Assembly (NCBI RefSeq): GCF_008831285.2
Contig: NC_045138.2
Span: 28,086,001 to 28,150,000, forward strand
Source: Nymphaea colorata
Taxonomy: Eukaryota
DNA length: 64,000 nucleotides
Direction of reading: 5' to 3'
Shown here: positions 62,601 through 64,000 of the stretch, one piece after another
Numbering within the stretch: the stretch's first letter is position 1
Layout: the number at the start of each line of letters is the position of its first letter
Notes under the pieces: model-generated
Databases searched by the model: none
The model's input: only the letters and a program-made list of their open reading frames with translations
What the model was told of the DNA's origin: nothing
Translations under genes and position numbers: made by a program

Positions 62601-63660
62601 ATGGTTTAAGTAACAACTTTGAGTTCATTTCCGAAATGGTTGTTGACTGCTTCTTGCGTTCACGATTTGGATTAGTACTCATCAAGTTGGTGAACTTTCC
62701 ATCCTTAACTAAATCCGTGCACTAATGGGAGAGACTGGGAAATTCCTCACAGTGTGATACTTGAATTCTGCTGGAGTTTTGTTCATCTCATTGTTGTGGT
62801 GTTCAAATTGTTCCTGTAACAAATCCTGGTCATGCATTGTAGTTGCAAATCTTACTGAAGGTAGCACGCTTACTTTTTATTGGCTTTGGATGTCTTAATA
62901 ATGCACGGTACCTTTTTCCCATAGTCTTTATAATGGGAAAAATTTCTTGTCACAATGGATCCAATAATGCTATAAACTGAACCATGATCACTTTTTAATT
63001 TTAATGCAGGCATTATGTTTATCTGGGGTAGCTGTTGCAAGACATGTAAATGGAGTAAAAGAAAGCAGAGCTGACATGATAATATCAGTGAGTGTTTACT
63101 TACAAGCTTAGTTTGTCTAAATGTTCTGTAAGCATATGTGCTTTTGGCTGTACTGGACATCCTTAACATGAGTAATCCATAAAACGGCAAAATGGCTGAT
63201 TTGAACTAAGAAAAATGTTTAGCACCTACAGTATTGCTTAGGGTTTGCAACTTCCATAAGGAATATGCAATGTTCAAAGCTTTTAAAAATGTTAGACATG
63301 GCAGTTAACAACATTCACATCAATTCTGCCCATTGTTTTATGCTTTTAAAAATCCATTTTACCAGTATTTGGAAGTGATCTTGAATGGAGACAAACTCAC
63401 AAAAGTACAGAGGAAAATGGTTGAAAATGGTCATCTCCACCTCTACTTCCATCTACCTTTATGTATCCTAATGCCATGCTCCCTGACAGCTAGTGAAATA
63501 ATGTGGTTGAAATACTTATTACTTTCATCTTTCTTACTAAGATCTTGCATCTCTCTATACTTACTAGTTACCATTACACGTCAGTTTTATTATTGGTATT
63601 CTGTTGTTTTATGTCTTTTAGGTTCTTCTGAAGCAAGTGGGTTTGAAACTTCAAGATAAT
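53607..63660 (+). CDS. RADA: DNA repair protein RadA/Sms-like (organelle-targeted), 3' end beyond the window
   Basis: Exons 53607-54118, 54993-55048, 55573-55631, 55803-55874, 56269-56352, 56984-57091, 57317-57379, 57911-57991, 59407-59472, 59904-60059, 63010-63087 and 63622-63660. C4 zinc finger (CENCG...WWGTCQSC), Walker [41 protein letters not shown] and KNRFG. Arg/Ser-rich transit-like N-terminus. Confidence 0.95.
58751..58951. repeat. 3 x 67-bp tandem repeat in RadA intron 8
   Basis: Nearly identical units start at 58751, 58818 and 58885. Confidence 0.95.
60956..61409 (-). mobile_element. Complete TRIM (terminal-repeat retrotransposon in miniature)
   Basis: LTRs at 60956-61148 and 61220-61409. 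Minus-strand tRNA-Met PBS TGGTATCAGAGC at 61207-61218, PPT at 61149-61162, TSD ATAAG/ATAAA. Confidence 0.93.
61758..62148. mobile_element. hAT-like MITE in RadA intron 10, same family as 42647-42998
   Basis: TIR TAAGTCACATGGGTAC / GTACTCATGTGACTTAG, flanking direct repeat TTTTTGTT, and TACCCG subterminal repeats. Confidence 0.85.
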
Positions 63661-64000
63661 GTAAGTCTGTAGATACTTATTACTGTTTTCTTTGTTTGGG
63701 TCATAATGTCATTGATTTTTTTTTTTTCCTTTGTACTTGTACTAATACTTGTATGTGCCTTGCTTTTAATTTTTTCTTATTCCCTAGCTGAAAGTAAATT
63801 TTGGCTGATTTGTTTATTCATGTTAAAATTATGATTACTATCATTCTGATATTGATGGAATGCTGATTTTTTTTTTTATGAAGGGATCATATCTTCTTCC
63901 ATGACTTTAATGAAAAGATAAGCTTAATTGCTGATCCCCATAAGGTACAGGCCATCTAATAGAAAGATAAACTCTTAGGAGTAAATTTGATCGGGTTAAG

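Noticed and set aside
53607..63660. Bacterial-type radA as recent horizontal transfer or contamination
   Set aside because: It has at least 12 spliceosomal introns and a transit-like N-terminus. Nuclear-encoded organellar RADA is already known in land plants.

Overview
Plant (angiosperm) nuclear DNA. Positions 1-41 kb hold a tandem array of minus-strand GDSL esterase/lipase genes: two intact 4-exon genes (24287-26598, 38563-40752), a more divergent gene whose first exon is at 2342-2767 and whose remainder probably lies off the left edge, one full-length pseudogene (11779-13968) and four fragmentary pseudogenes. The array was built by repeated duplication of a ~8-10 kb unit and is full of solo LTRs, hAT- and Tourist-type MITEs and LINE debris. 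Positions 43-64 kb hold three conserved housekeeping genes: AP-4 sigma subunit (minus strand), an alpha-type Aurora kinase (plus) and an organellar RadA/Sms-like recombination protein (plus, running off the right edge). The most unusual observations are: (1) about 1 kb of AP4S intron 1 recurs inside the GDSL array and replaces the distal promoter of one intact gene; (2) a 7-bp footprint-like lesion in the full-length pseudogene; (3) a complete 454-bp TRIM in a RadA intron; (4) a possible H/ACA-like structured RNA in an Aurora intron. I found no clear evidence of a wholly new multi-gene system. All calls were made by eye and by motif recognition, without database searches.
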